The notes beneath the pieces are model-generated. The model worked only from the letters and a program-made list of their open reading frames with translations, was not told the DNA's origin and searched no databases. A stretch of 52,978 nucleotides of DNA from Peribolospora baueri (taxonomy: Eukaryota), in NCBI GenBank assembly GCA_029717555.1, contig JAMDHS010000068.1:62001-114978 (forward strand), read 5' to 3'. Both the position numbers and the translations under genes were made by a program. Positions 12,428 to 30,370 of the stretch are shown here, piece by piece; the first letter of the stretch is position 1, and the number at the start of each line of letters is the position of its first letter.

Positions 12428-15400
12428 TCAATCCGCCTCAAAGAATGGCAAGAGCCAGTCCAGCCGGAGGTCAGGCATCAAGCTGGCCGAGTAGCGTGCC
12501 ACTTCCTCGCCGCTTGGACTGGGTGCCGGCGGTGATGGTGCCGGTCTCGGCCGCGGCCATCCGCAGCTCGTTCCCGCCGGGTCGTCCTCGTCCGCCGCCG
12601 CCGCCGCTTCGACTTGGGCGTAGGCACAGCGGTGCGGGTGAGGGCGAGGCGAAGGGCAGGAACAGCCATGGTTCGCACGTCCCGCCGTCGCCGCCGTCAT
12701 CGTCGTTGTCGTCGTGGCGCCGGGCGCCGGGCGACCCATGGGCAAGCGACCCGTCAGGGCGAGGTGCTGGTGGGTATGGGTGAACCCGGGGCCGGTGAGG
12801 GAGAAGATGCTAAAGTTACGTGTGTTGTCGCTCCCGTTCCCGCCGCCCACGTTGTTGTTGCCGTCGCGGTCGCGGTCCTCGCCCTCGCTCTCCCCTTTGT
12901 CGTCGCCCTCGCCCTCGCCGCCGTCGTTGCCGTTCGGCCGCCGTCGCCAACAGGACGTCTCGCCCATCGCCACGGCCACGACGGAAGAAGAAGAAGAAGA
13001 AGAAGAAGAAGAAGAAGAAGAAGAAGAAGAAGGAGGAGGAAACTGGCGATCTCGGTCGGCGCCGGCGGCCGAGTACGCGTCCATTCTGCGCAGACAAGCG
13101 CGAACGAGGGCAGCCTGGCAAGCGAGAGAACCCTTCTCTTCTCCGGCGACGGCCGAGGCAGCGACGACGAGCGTATCGGCGGTCCTGTCGAGGATGCGAC
13201 GTACGTGGCGGAGGTACTCTGCCTCTACGCGCGCCCAGTGTTGGCTCAGCCAGGTGGCTACGGCGGCGCAGGCAAAGGCGGTCAGGTCCTGCGCGAACAG
13301 TAGCGGAGGCGAGTCGCCCACGTTGCCGCCCACGCCGCGATTGCAGCCGCGACCGCCGCCGCGACCGCCGCCGCCGAGGTCAAAGTGGATGGTGTCGAAG
13401 CAGTCCACCGCCGATCCCACGCAGTCCGCCGTTGCCTCTTCCAAGCCAAAGCCCGATGGAAGGTGCCTGGCTCCGTCTCCTGTTGTTCCTCCTCCTATTG
13501 TTCCTTCTCCTCCTCCTTCCCCTTGGACAGAAGGCTCGGAGACGAGGGCGAATAGGTGGGCGCTCAGACCGAAGCGCAAGGCGGTCTTGTGGAGACGCAG
13601 GACGGCGGTGGCGGTGGAGGGGCCGGCTTTGGACAGCAGACCTACGTACGTACGTACATACATGGTCAAAGGTCAGCGATGGCGGATCATCAGAGCTGGA
13701 GGGGACAAGACGAGCCACCCACCGTACTTGATCACGACGTCCGCCTCGACGGCATCGAGCGCCTTGAGCGTAGCCTTGACGGCAAATACGTCCCTCGCCG
13801 AGTCGGCGGTCGTGCGGCGCATGGAGGAGGCGGAGGCGGTGCGCGGAAAGAAGATGCCAGGGCCGATGTCGGCCCTACGAGCGACGCCGGTCAGGTCGGC
13901 CAAAGCGGCCTGCATGACGTCGAGCGGCTGGGCGTGAAGTCCGAGGGAGGCAAGCCATTCCGCCGGCCGGGGCACGTCCTCATCCCGGATCGTCTGGGGC
14001 ATTTGGCGCTGCAGGCTGAGCATGGCGTCGTACGAAGTCAAGTCTGTCACACGGTGCGAGGAGACGGGAGAGGACGGCGTGAGAAAGGAAAAAGCAATTA
14101 GGACGACGCGTGTGTGGTGCTCACAGAGCCACGTCCTCTCGCGATCGATGACCGCTCTCGCCGCCGACGCGTCCGCGGGCAAGGGTCGGAGGGGAGGGGT
14201 GTGGAGATGGAGCTCGTAGGCCATCCGGACGGCCTGTGAACGGCGAAGGGAAACGGAAACGGGCAGGAAAAAAATAAAATAAAAAATAAAAAATAAAAAA
14301 GGAGAAAATGAGCGCGCGATGGCATCGGAGCCGCGTCGGCCGATCCGCTCACATAACCCATCTTCCTCCAAGCGCTACCGTCGACGGGCTCCTTCCAGAA
14401 GCAGAGTAAGCAAAGCGCCTGGACGTGTTCGATGCAAGGCGGGCGGGCGTTGTCGTCGTCGTCGGTGAAGACGGTGCGGAGGACGTGCTTGACGTGTCGG
14501 ACGAGGGGGCAGTAGAGGCGTGGCCGGGCGAACTTTGCGGAGACGGTGAGGATGGCGGATAGAAGGAGATCTGCGGAGGGGGCGGGGCGAGAGCGGAGGT
14601 GGGAGAGGGAGGTGTGTAGAGGGTCGAGGAGGTCGATGATGGGGTTGAGGTGACGGAAGAAGCTGCGGGGTGGGAAAGCGAGAGGCAAACGTCGCTCATG
14701 AACCCCGTAACGTGAGGGCGATCGAGGAAGGCACGCAGGACACCCACAAGGCGAACAAGTGGCCAGCATCGTCCTCGCTAACGATAGCGCCCGGCCCGAT
14801 GGGACATGTGAACGTCGCCGTTGTCGACCTCGTCGAGCTCGGAGCGGAGACGTCGGCTCGACGGTGGGCGGGATTGAGCGCTGGCGCAGGGTTGAGCATG
14901 CTGGCGAGGGAGTGTTTGGCGGCGGGAGCGGGAGTTGGAGCGGGAGCAGGTAGGGTGTGGTGGCGGTAGGTGTCTGGGGCGTACGTGGTTGATTCGAGCG
15001 GGGGGAGCGTCCAGGGAGGAGAGCCGAGGAGGGAGCTGAAGCTTGGGGTGGAGGAGAGGGGGGCGTGATGAGGGGCGGAAAGGAGAGGAAGAGGAAAGAA
15101 GGGAGAGGGGGAGGGGTTGGAGAGACGGACGTCGCGCGGTCCGTCTGCGCTCCGACTCCGGCTGGAACGATGGGCTAGTTGGAGTGGATCTAAGGGAAGA
15201 GATAGATGGGGTTGAGCTGTGGAATGAGATAGGAAAAGGACAGAAGACGAAGGCATGGCTCACAGAGATGGTCCTTCGTCGGCGCAGCGATCCTGGAGGG
15301 GGATGAGGCGGCCATGAATGAGCTCGAGAATGAAAAAAAAAAAAAGGCGATGGGGGGAAGGACATGGAGAAGAGGACGGACCTAGAACCGAGCTGTTTGC

Positions 15401-16022
15401 CGCGCTGGTGCTCTGGCACGACGCACTGGATGTTGAGCCTGGTGCAGCGACGACATCGAGAATGACCATCGACTGGGAGAAACGCACGGACGTCAGGCAA
15501 GCAAGCAAAAGGGAGCAGAGCAGAGCAGGCAAGCAGGGCGGGGCGACTCGCGCGCTCACCAACGATACACTTTGTCTTCATCGACCGACAACCGAGACAG
15601 GCTCTCTTGAGGGCGTACTCGCTGGTCGCTTGCTTCCTCCTCCTCTTCTTTCCGATCGTCCCTGTCGCCGTCGCCGCGGACGTGGACGCAGACGTGGACG
15701 CGGACGGGGTGGAGGCCGGGGCGGACATGGACATGGACATGGTCGTGGTCGTGGTCGTGGTCATGGTCATTGTCTTGGTCGTCGTCGTCGCCTTCATCGT
15801 CGGCGAGGCGGACGGGTGCGGGTCGCGTCGGAAGACGTGAGCCGCGGCGTCGTCGTCGTCGGCGGAGATGACCGCCTCGCCGTCGCTGTTTGGACGGTCG
15901 CGACGACGACGACGGGGACGAGCGTGGGCGTGGCTGTAGCCGTACCACTCGCCCTCTCGGTCTCGCACTTGGACTCGGCCTCGGCTGCTCTCGCCGTCGC
16001 CAGCTGGAGCGGGCGAGGACAT
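12428..16022 (-). CDS. Zn(II)2Cys6 fungal transcription factor with fungal-specific middle-homology region, multi-exon
   Basis: KRACLGCRSMKTKCIV|DGHSRCRRCTRLNIQC forms a binuclear cluster after removing an intron. Middle region reads FFRHLNPIIDLLDP...LLLSAILTVSAKF...EHVQALCLLCFWKEPVD...AVRMAYELHLH...RERTWL. The C-terminus is an acidic/aromatic activation-like tail, LDWLLPFFEAD*. Internal exon boundaries are partly uncertain. Confidence 0.85.
12984..13031. repeat. (GAA)16 microsatellite encoding poly-Ser in the minus-strand TF
   Basis: Perfect GAA run inside the minus-strand ORF 12428-13669. Confidence 0.95.
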
Positions 16023-16343
16023 GCGGGACGGTGCGAGGCTGGTAGAGGCGGAGGCGGGTGCGGAGGCGGCGTGGGCGAAGGGCGTGGGGAGGGGCGGGTG
16101 AGAGAGAAGAAAGGAAGGTGGAGAGGTGGGGGCGGGGGAGAGAGAGCGGGAGCGGGGGTGGACATTCGGGCGCGGACACGGACGCGGATGTGGGCCGACG
16201 TTGACGTCGAGGTTGAGGGGGAAGAAGCGTCCGCGCTCGTCGGCGGGGCGCTCGTCTGGTTTGGGCTCGTCTGATCTGATCTGGTGGAGTTTGGTATCCG
16301 TGCGTAGGTCGCCGTCGCCGGCGGGGAGGTGGGCAGTGAACGG

Positions 16344-16847
16344 TTATGTATGTACGAGGGTATGTGCGTAAGAACGTGTGTATGTGTGCATGTGTGTATG
16401 TATGTATGTATGTATATTTGTATATTTGTATGTGTGTATGTATCTAAGTGTTGTCGGTTTGTATGTGTGCGTGGCTGTATGTGTCGACAGGCGGCTGCGC
16501 TGCAGCGGCCGAGCGCCTAGCCAGCTAGCAGCAAGGCAAGGCGAGGCGAGGCGAGGCGAAGCGATCGAGACGAGGTGCGTAACAAACTAAGAAAAAGCGA
16601 AAAGGGCGAAGAAACTCAAACGCCGTCCGCCTTGGCCGTCTGCCTCCGCCTCCGCCTCTATCTCCACACTCGTCGTCGGGGTGGCGTCGTCGGCGAGAGA
16701 AGGAGAGACACGACGATGCAGACGGACGGCCTGAGACGATGGCACGGCACGGCGAAGGGACGCGACACACGGACGCCGATCGACCCGTGTCTACCGCCAG
16801 TATACACACACAGAGCACGGGAACGTAACACATACACATACACATAC

Positions 16848-16883
<36 letters not shown>
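16344..16883. repeat. (TATG/TG)n and (ACACAT)n microsatellites upstream of the Zn-cluster TF
   Basis: Visible at about 16344-16445 and 16827-16883. They generate spurious MCMCMC/HIHIH ORFs. Confidence 0.9.
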
Positions 16884-16884
<1 letters not shown>

Positions 16885-17755
16885 AAAGCTCGCTCGGCTT
16901 GAGACGTGTCTCCCTTTGCTCCTTTCTCCCAGAAGGAATAGACCAAAGCAACGCTCGGACAACGACGAGGATAAATAAGCACGCTCGTCTAAGCCCCTCC
17001 CCATCGTCCCCGCCCCGCCAAGCCACGCCACGATGCCGGGACGCGCACGGGCGGAGCCATCGCTCGTTCGTCACCTCGCTCGGTCATGCTCGGTCGATCG
17101 GCACGCATTCGCCGAACAACACCACACCGCATCTCATTCAACCTTATTAACTAACACACACTCGCGCCGCTCGCCGCAGCCGCACTGACAGCGTTCGTCC
17201 CGCGTTCGACAGACAATGGACGGACGGTGGACGGATGGATGGATGGATTCGTGGCAAGGAGGTGACAGACGGGCGGTCGCAACCGGACGAACGGACGGAC
17301 GGACGGACAGGCGGGAAGCGGCCGATGATGGGTCAAGTACGACAGAGGAGATGAAAATGAGAGCGACGAGGAAAAAAGATGAGAAAAAAGCGAGAAAAAA
17401 AAGAATACAACGGCGCCGAGCAGGCCAAGGAGACGACGGACGCCAACTCCGACCGCGCTGACGATCGATCGATCGAGCGGGGAAATACAGAACAGGCCAA
17501 CCGACTGACCGACCGACCCACCCGGGGGACGAGACGCCGTCCGTCGCCGTCGCCGTCGGCCGGTCGATCCGCTCCGCTCCGTCCTCCGAAAGTCATCTCC
17601 TTCATTCCCGATCTAAAGGGTAACACTATCGGACGTGAGTTGAGTTGAGAGGTGCGCCTGCGCCGAACCAACGCAACGAAACGATGGGGGCGACCGACAG
17701 AAGCGACCGATCATCGCCTCATCATCCATCCCTCTTCTTCTTCTCCTCCCGGCCT

Positions 17756-22694
<4,939 letters not shown>

Positions 22695-24275
22695 GACGAT
22701 CCCTGCTCTCTGCGCTCAGGACCGCGACGGAGCTGGATACGTGGGAACGAGAGAGAGGGCGATGGCGGGAGCAGAGGATGAGCGAACCACCAGCCGCGGG
22801 TTGTGGCGTGGCGAAACGGCGACGACGTCGATCGCGGCCGTGAGGGGACGAAAGAAAGGAGGAGGGAGGATGCGGGAACACGACGGCCACAGCAGACGAC
22901 ACCGGGAAGGCAGACGCACGGGCGCCGACGATGCGCTCCGGGTCTTGGAGTACTCACAACGACGGTGGAGTGATCGAGCGACGAGTGGCGCAGGCGAGCG
23001 GGCGAGCGTCGTTCGGTCGGTCGGTCGGTTCTCGGTGGGTCGATCTGGGGAGATGAAGGGTGGGAGACGAGGAAGCGGGCACGGGGAGGCTGATGAAGAA
23101 GGGAGGGGTGCGAGGGAGACAAGAGCAGCGTCGGCGTCGGTGTCGGTGATGGTCGTGGTGAACGACGCTGGAGCCGGTGAGCGAGCGGAGCGTGAGTGTC
23201 GACGACGATGATTCCTTCGGCTCTTCTCACCCGCCCGAAAGGCTCCCTCGCCTCCGCTCTCTGCGCCCGCCGCCGCGACGAGTCGGTCATCGGCCCCCAC
23301 CGTGGGAGTTTCGCCTTTCTCCGCTCTTGTCCGCCCTTTGTCCGTCCTTTGTCCTTCTCGCTCCGATCTGCCATGCTCTTCTTCTTCTCCTCCCCCGATC
23401 GTCATCCTTCCGTGTCCAAATCGCAATCCCTACACGATCCGACATGTCCATTGTCGTCCTCCACGGCAGCCAGGCGGACAGCTATGTTCTCTTCCTCCCT
23501 TCATAAGGTTCCCAGTTTCTCTCTTCTTCCGTTTCCCACTCATTCCGTTCTGCTCTACCTCAGGCGGTCCTTAAAGCGCACGGCCTCTCTTCGCTTCCCC
23601 CTCCGGGAACGCCCAGGGAACCTATGGCCTGTTTACGAGTCATGCCCGTCTAAGATCCATCATCGTCCTGACTCTCTCGTCCTTCTCCCGTCGGGCCGTC
23701 CATTCTCCCTCGTTTTGAGGGAGGATACCGGTCTTCGTCTCGCCCGTCTTGCTTCGCACGCCGTCCTGGCCTGCCAAGCGGGGCGACGGATGCCCGGCAG
23801 GGTCGACGAGAGGCGGACGAGAGGAGGGGCGGTCCCACGCTTTGCCCATGGGCGAGCCCGACCACTTTGGTGCTAGGGTGAGCCGAGAAGGCGTCGTTTC
23901 TCGTTTGGCTCCAGCATCTCTTGCTGGCCGCGAGACGTCTCGAATCCTTCGGGTGGGAGTGAGCGCACATCAGTATATATGATATGACTGTCATCTCGTC
24001 GTTTCCGGTCAATGAAATCCCATCTAGTACAAAAGTCAAGGTCTCTGCCATGTGGGGGCATCACGTCGGCAAATGAAAAAAATACGCATGCTCATCGCCA
24101 CAATATATTCCAAATTCGCACGGCCTTGTTTCCCTTTGCACAAATACAGCTACGCCGCCGGCCCCGCTCATGGCGTCCTGTCCCAAAACCTCTGAAGTCG
24201 TCGTCATCCAAGAAAGCAGAATCGAAAAACAGCCAGCCAGCCAGCCCCATCAAGGCGCCGAGTCGAGGAGGACAA

Positions 24276-25791
24276 TCATTCCGCCTTTTGCCCAATGACC
24301 ATGGCCGCTCTGATATGAGCGCCCTTGGAGTAAATCTCCGCCGCCGCCGCCTCGACGAGCCGCATAAAGTCGGCCTCTGTACGAGCGCCCTCGGGCATCT
24401 TGTCCTGCCAATTCGCTTTGGCGATGACGGCCCAGAACGAGTTCCAGACTTGAAGCACGTTCGCCGCGTTCTCATTCCCAAACGACGGAGGACTGTTCGG
24501 GTGGTCTCGCTCGCCCGCGGGCCCTAGGGGGTAGGGTATAGCGAGAGTCTGGCGAACGAACAGAACAGGGGCGGAAGGAAGGATCTGTCAGACCCGCCGG
24601 TGTCCCAGCAGCCAACCCTGTCCGCAATACGATCAACGCGCTCGCCACTCACCGCCGTGTTCTTGAACCCTGCGGCTTTGAGGCGCTCTTCGCCGCAACT
24701 CGGCATACTTCACAGAGTCATGACGAGAAGGAAAGGCGGGAGCCGTCGTGTCAATGCGATGGCCGGGCGGCCGAGACCTGCCGTGCCCTGCTGTCCCTGT
24801 CCGGCATGGCAAGCTCACCGGAAGTCTTTCTGTCCAAGCTCTTCGAGGATGTCTACGATCTTCGTGCACTCATTCAAGGCCGGAATGTCTTGCTCCACGA
24901 AAACGGGTTCGAACTCGAAGAACTGCGCCCACCCTCCGGGCTCTGAGGACGTGAAGAGACGCGAACGCAGGTCAGGAGCGATCCGTACCCGGCACGACAG
25001 GTGAGCAGCAGAGACGGTGTCCATGTCGATGGGCACCCAGAGCTGCCGGACGAGCTGCACTCACTCAGCGCGGCCACTAGGTTCTTCACGGAGAGGTCCC
25101 AGCCGTCCTTGGTCAAGGCAAATCCGAGGAGCCTCTGATGCACAAGGTCGTACTTGCCTATGTGCTCCTCCGGCAAGGCCTGCGTGACGTCGTGGACGAA
25201 GAGGTTGTACTGAGGAGACGTCGGAGTCTTCGTCTGTCCGTTCGTCAAAACAGAATGTCCATTGAGGTCGGAATGAGGCTCGGCCAGGCTGTGGAACTGG
25301 AGAGGGGATACGTCAAAGCCTGCCAGGGTGGAAAACGTGACGTCGGGGAAGGAGAATACAAGGTCGCGGAGGAAGACGCCTGTCCCCGTCGCGCTATCGA
25401 GGACAGCTGCGCCGGACGACGGCAACGTGATGGTCGGATGGAGGATGTGCCCGAAGAAGGCCTCTTTGATCAAATAGTGTTGCCGTTCGAGCCTGCCAGA
25501 CAGGGCGACGGAGCAGAAGTGGAGGAGGAAGGGGGGTAAGGTACGTGGACGACCCGACGGTCAACGTCGTCATCGTCCGTCATCCCACCTAGAGTCCCGG
25601 ACTGGAAGCGGAACTCACCTCTCCGTCTCTCCTTCATTCCTGGGTAGGTAATAGGCCGTCGACTCGACTGCTTGCTCGTCCTTGCAAGACCCTCTTTCCT
25701 CGTGTCGCTTTGAGGTGAGAGCAGGATCGGTATGGGCGAAGCGGCCGTTGAGCGCGCCCGTCAGCGACGAAGAGGGAGGGAGGAGTGCCAT
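24276..25791 (-). CDS. Class I SAM-dependent methyltransferase (LaeA-like/Methyltransf_23 type), multi-exon
   Basis: In-frame ATG at 25791. YYLPRNEGETER|LERQHYLIKEAFFGHILHP, SAM motif VLDSATGTG, GFDVSP, HDVT, YDLVHQRLL and |PGGWAQFFE are typical of this fungal family. Confidence 0.85.
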
Positions 25792-26129
25792 GAGGGAGTG
25801 GGAGAGGAAGAGAATGCTAGAGTACGAGAAGGGAAGAGCAGCGGTAGTCCCGACTCGCTCCTCATCCGTTCAGGAGTATTTATTGTTTTTCGGCATCCCG
25901 TCGCTATCGCCGTTCCATATCTTGGGGAGAGATGGACGCCCAGCGAGCTCGACCGTATTGCTCGCTGCTCAAGGAAGAATTGGGTGAGACACAAAGAACG
26001 TCCGGCCGGGCGTGCTGCTTGGGCCGACCGTCAGCTGCCACTTCACTACCGTCGGCGCGGGCGAGAGGCAGGTACCAACATCATGCCACCTGCCGGTCGA
26101 GCCTGTTTGGCCATATTTGCCTCCGGGCC

Positions 26130-26201
26130 ATCGCCTGCGCTACTGTTTTTGCGGAGATAGACCGAATCGCCTGCGCTACCGCTTTTGCAGAGATAGACCG
26201 A
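26130..26201. repeat. Two adjacent copies of a 36-bp unit (ATCGCCTGCGCTACYGYTTTTGCRGAGATAGACCGA)
   Basis: Copies at 26130-26165 and 26166-26201 differ at 3 positions and have no spacer. Confidence 0.9.
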
Positions 26202-27274
26202 GGCTGACGAAGAACAGCTCCCAAACAAGGCAGCGATAGTCGGACGGCAGGAGAAGGTTAGCTTCGGCCGAGCATACCTCTCTCGCGGTTCTATCGGAAG
26301 TTCCGAAGAAAGGACGCGCATCGACACTGTGCCAGTACGGCAAATAGAACCTGCCCGCATCGGCCGCGGACCTCGCGCCACGCTTCCCAGGCTTAAGCTC
26401 ACCAATCGTCTTGGCGTTGGGAATGGATAAGCAGATCCGAGCACACTGGGGTATCGGAAGCTCGGCCGGCTCGGCGTATCAATGACAACACGTCCTGGCT
26501 GCAGCGTCGGAGTGCGTGCGAAAAGGAGATGAACAGGCGTTTGTCTGTGCCTTGCTGGAAGGAGGGCAGAGACGTCGAAGGAGGGAGGGAGCAACGAAGC
26601 GAAGACGAGGCGAGCGACAGCGACGACGGAAAAACAAGACGCCGGCTTATCGGGAACCTGGGCGGCGATGCGCGCTCGGGCCGGGCAGCTTGGGAAGGTG
26701 CGGAGACGGGAAGAAACAATGGGCCGTAGGCGCGGCGTCCGCTCTCCTTCACCGTCGGGCTAACCGTCTGGTGCCTCGCACAAGCATCCGGGCAGGAGTA
26801 GGAGACAATAGCACAGACAGGTGCCGAGAGATGGCCAAGCGGCGACAAGTAGCAGCGTCATAGGCTAACACGAACCCGTGAGAGACAGTCCAGGGCGGAC
26901 AAGAAGCACGACGGCTCGCGTCCACAGGGCGCCGATCAGCGAGAGAAAAAAAAAATGGGAGAGGCGAATGCGGGGCCCCCTGTTCACAAACATCCACAAC
27001 GTAAGGGGACCAGCAGATCAGCAATGTAGTTCGCCACGTCTCGCTTGGACGAGCGTCGGCGGTCGTCTCGACTACGTCTCGTGGGCACAAGCTGCACCGC
27101 TCTGTCGGTAGGCCTGCAATCGCAGCTCGCACGGACCACCGATCGGTGCGGATGCGATCTCCGTCCTCCAGACATCCTTGTTCGGCACTGCTCCGCCGTC
27201 CACCACCAAGTCGCCCGTCAACGGCACGTCCTCCCCCGCCCTTCTATTTATCTCTTACATCGTATCGCACTGGT

Positions 27275-28639
27275 ATGGCAGAACTCTACGCTGTGGCCGA
27301 CTTTTGTCTTATCCCGATGGGAACGGGCACGAGCGTCGGTGAGTGGGTGCGGACGGAATCTGTCTCTTGTCCGGTGCCCCGGGTACGTGGATCGAACCGA
27401 CAAACCTGGTCGAAGACGTCCATCGCGTTGTGCCGACATATGCGGCTGGCGTGAGGGAGAATATAGGCGTGGGATGAAGGATAGAGACAAGAGGGGGTCG
27501 GGGACGGTCATGCCCGCTTGTCCCCAGAAGCTTGTCCTGGATGGGACGGGGAAAGTCTCTAGACCGACTTGGACTCTTGCTGACCGGGCTGACATCCTCG
27601 CTCCGCATCCTCGCTCTTCGTCGCTTTCCTTATCGCCATCCTTATCACCACCATCCACACTCTCATCCGCATGTTCTCTTCCCATCCCTTATGGCGATGG
27701 CGTCTACAGGCGAGTACATCGCCGAATGTCAGCGCGTTCTCGAACGGAGCGGACTCAAGTATGAAGTGAGTGGATCAGCAGCGGCGCCCGTCTTTTGCTC
27801 GTCGGCCGTCGTCAAATTCCTGTTGGAGACGAACGGAGGACTTGGTAGTTAGGGACGGCCGGGGGTTCATAGCTCCTCCCGAATCAGCTTTGACGATCTA
27901 CTTCGAAATCGGCGCTTATCGTCTCATTTCCATTTTCTCTTCCCTTCCGCGCGCGCTCTTCGTCTTTATCTGTTCAGCTGCAGTGCGTATCTTCAAGTCC
28001 CGTTGAGGCAAGACAGGCGCCAAAGAGAGGGCGCCCGGGGCTCGTTTGGTTCTCCGTGCCCCAATCGGAATGACTTGTCGTTTTATTGATGCGGCCTCTG
28101 ACCTCTGGTTAACCTAGCACTCGATTTTCTTTCCACCGCTCTCTCCTTCCCACTGTTCATCCTCGCCTCGTAATGATAACCGACTACCGACATGGCTCCC
28201 GTCATGGGCGCTCTATCCATCCTCCCCAACCCCACCCCACCCCATCCCATCCCATCTCATGCTGGCGAGCCACAGCGGCTACGGCACAAACGTAGAAGGC
28301 CCATTCGACGCGGTAACGTCAGCTCTAAAGGCATGTCACAAAGCAGTGCACGCGATGGGCGCCCCACGCATCTCCACCGACCTCCGCATCGGCACGCGTG
28401 TCGACAAGCCCCCGCCGCCCAAGCCCGAGATCATCTCCTCTTCTTCTTCTTTGCCGTCCGCTTCGGCCTCGGCCTCGGCGACCTCTGCGGCCGCAGCACG
28501 GGGCGCTGTTGAAGGGCGTGACGGGGGAGGGGAAGGAGGAGGGTGGGAGAAGGGCTTGGGAGAGAACGAGAGGAAGAGGGAGAGCGTGAGGCGAATCTTG
28601 GCGAAGGATAAGGCGAAGGAGGGTATGAGCAAGGTGTGA
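27275..28639 (+). CDS. Thiamine-binding protein family (Ecm15/MTH1187/YkoF-like), 4 exons including a 5-nt microexon
   Basis: MAELYAVADFCLIPMGTGTSVG|EYIAECQRVLERSGLKYE|LH|GYGTNVEGPFDAVTSALKACHKAVHAMGAPRISTDLRIGTRVDK matches the family motifs. Confidence 0.92.
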
Positions 28640-30370
28640 TGCGAGGCGAGGCGAGGCGAGACGACGGGGGAGGACGCGATCAGGCCGATGGAAAAGTGCC
28701 CTTGACGAGGAGGAGGTCATTCACCCTCGCTATCGTCCGCATTGAATAGAAGCGTCGATGGGAGGCAAATCAAGCCTACGTCTCCCATCGCCCGTCGTCC
28801 GAACGCCTGGCCTCGCCTGGCCTGTACTGTACTGGACTGGATTAGAGCCCGTCTTGGACCCGCCTTCCAAAGTTTCCTAAGATCATATCATGTTCAAGAG
28901 TCTCTTAGAATTTGACCTTTCTGCGGCTGGGTGGACGGGGAAACTGTTCATCGACACGGAGTGGAAGGTGGCCAGCAACCCAGCCAGCCTCACGACGGAC
29001 GGGGCCGGCGCGAACGTTCTGTTCTGCCACGGCTGACCCTCCTCAAGGGACGCGCCCCGTTTTGACGCCGATACGACCAGTCCCTCAAACGGACAAAACG
29101 ATCGAAGCAAGTCCGCGAGTTCACAGGAGCTCACAAAATCCTGGCTCAGCCGGGGCGAGGGGGGAGCGTACGCACGCACACGCGTAAGGAAAAGCAAGGG
29201 AAAAAAGGGAAAGGAATGGGAAGCAGGGAGGGAGCGAGGGAAAGAAGGAACGAGGTGCTCTCTGTATCCATCATCAATCGCGCCGGTAATCTGGAAAGTC
29301 ATAGGGACAAAATGACACATGGGAAAAAGAAAAAAAAAAAAAGGAACAGAAGCGGGGTGGGAGGAAGGTAGGGGTACGAAGGAAGGACAGAAAGAAGGGC
29401 AATGGAGGGACGGGTAGGGAAGACGAATCTCGGGGTTTGGGGGAGGATGTCTGGAGAAGAAAAGACGGGGGGGAAACGTCGCATGGACTGAGTTGAAAAA
29501 GATAGATGGATGAAATGAAGAGTGAGGAAGTAAGGTTTCGGGTAGAAGGCGAGCCGAAGGAAGTAGCGTCTCGACGGCGGCGAACTAGGGTTGGTCGGTC
29601 AGAATGGGAAAAGAAGGAAGGGTGAGAAGGAGAAGGTCAAGAAAGGAGGAGCGAGGTCGTGTAACAAGCCGTGAGGGCAACTTGGCAATGAGATGGGAGG
29701 AGAAGATAAAAGACGACGGTGTCGACGGGAACAAGGCGGGGCTTGGCTTGTCTTGCATACGAGAAGCGGGATCGGATCGGACGAAAGGACAGCAAGACGG
29801 TTGACCGATGGAACGAGAAGGAACGGACGGAAGAACTCAGGGCGGCGAGGGTTCGGGTAAGGACCACCATGAGCGGACGATGAGAACGGGACCATGCGCA
29901 TGACGAACTGTGTCGGCGGCGGACAGGCGACAGCTGGAGAGCCGACTGAGCCAACGTGGTCAAAACCGAGCGAGGAGCTGCATGGCCCGAGGACAAGTGA
30001 AAGGCCCAGAGACGCGCATGTGGAGCGGGGGCCGAGGCCGCCGGACGAAGGTACGACAGCGAATGGACGTCCGCCATCGCCGAGAGGGAGCGAAACAGTG
30101 CACAAGGGCAGCCAGCCACTGACGTCCGTGATGAAACCCGCGCTTGCCTTGACTCGGCTCACATCGTAAACCACACCGCTCGTCCAGTTCTTGAGCGTTT
30201 AACATCCTCCGTTCCTCCTGGGACCAACCGTTATCGACCCTAGACCTCCGACGATCGCCGGGGCCGTCTCCCGCCCACAAGCCCTCTACCACGTCGTTCG
30301 ATACACCACCCATCCCACGCCGCCACCATCCGACCGTCCCTTCTGCCCAACTGAGCCCGTGATCGCCCGC

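Noticed and set aside
12614..13937. Plus-strand ORFs with poly-E, poly-K or poly-R
   Set aside because: They are produced by the (GAA)n microsatellite on the antisense strand of the TF last exon.
26130..26201. 36-bp repeat as a CRISPR array
   Set aside because: Only two abutting copies with no spacer, no cas genes, and eukaryotic DNA.
28700..30370. ORFs between the thiamine-binding gene and Rho1
   Set aside because: No motif or consistent splice chain; more consistent with convergent 3' UTRs.
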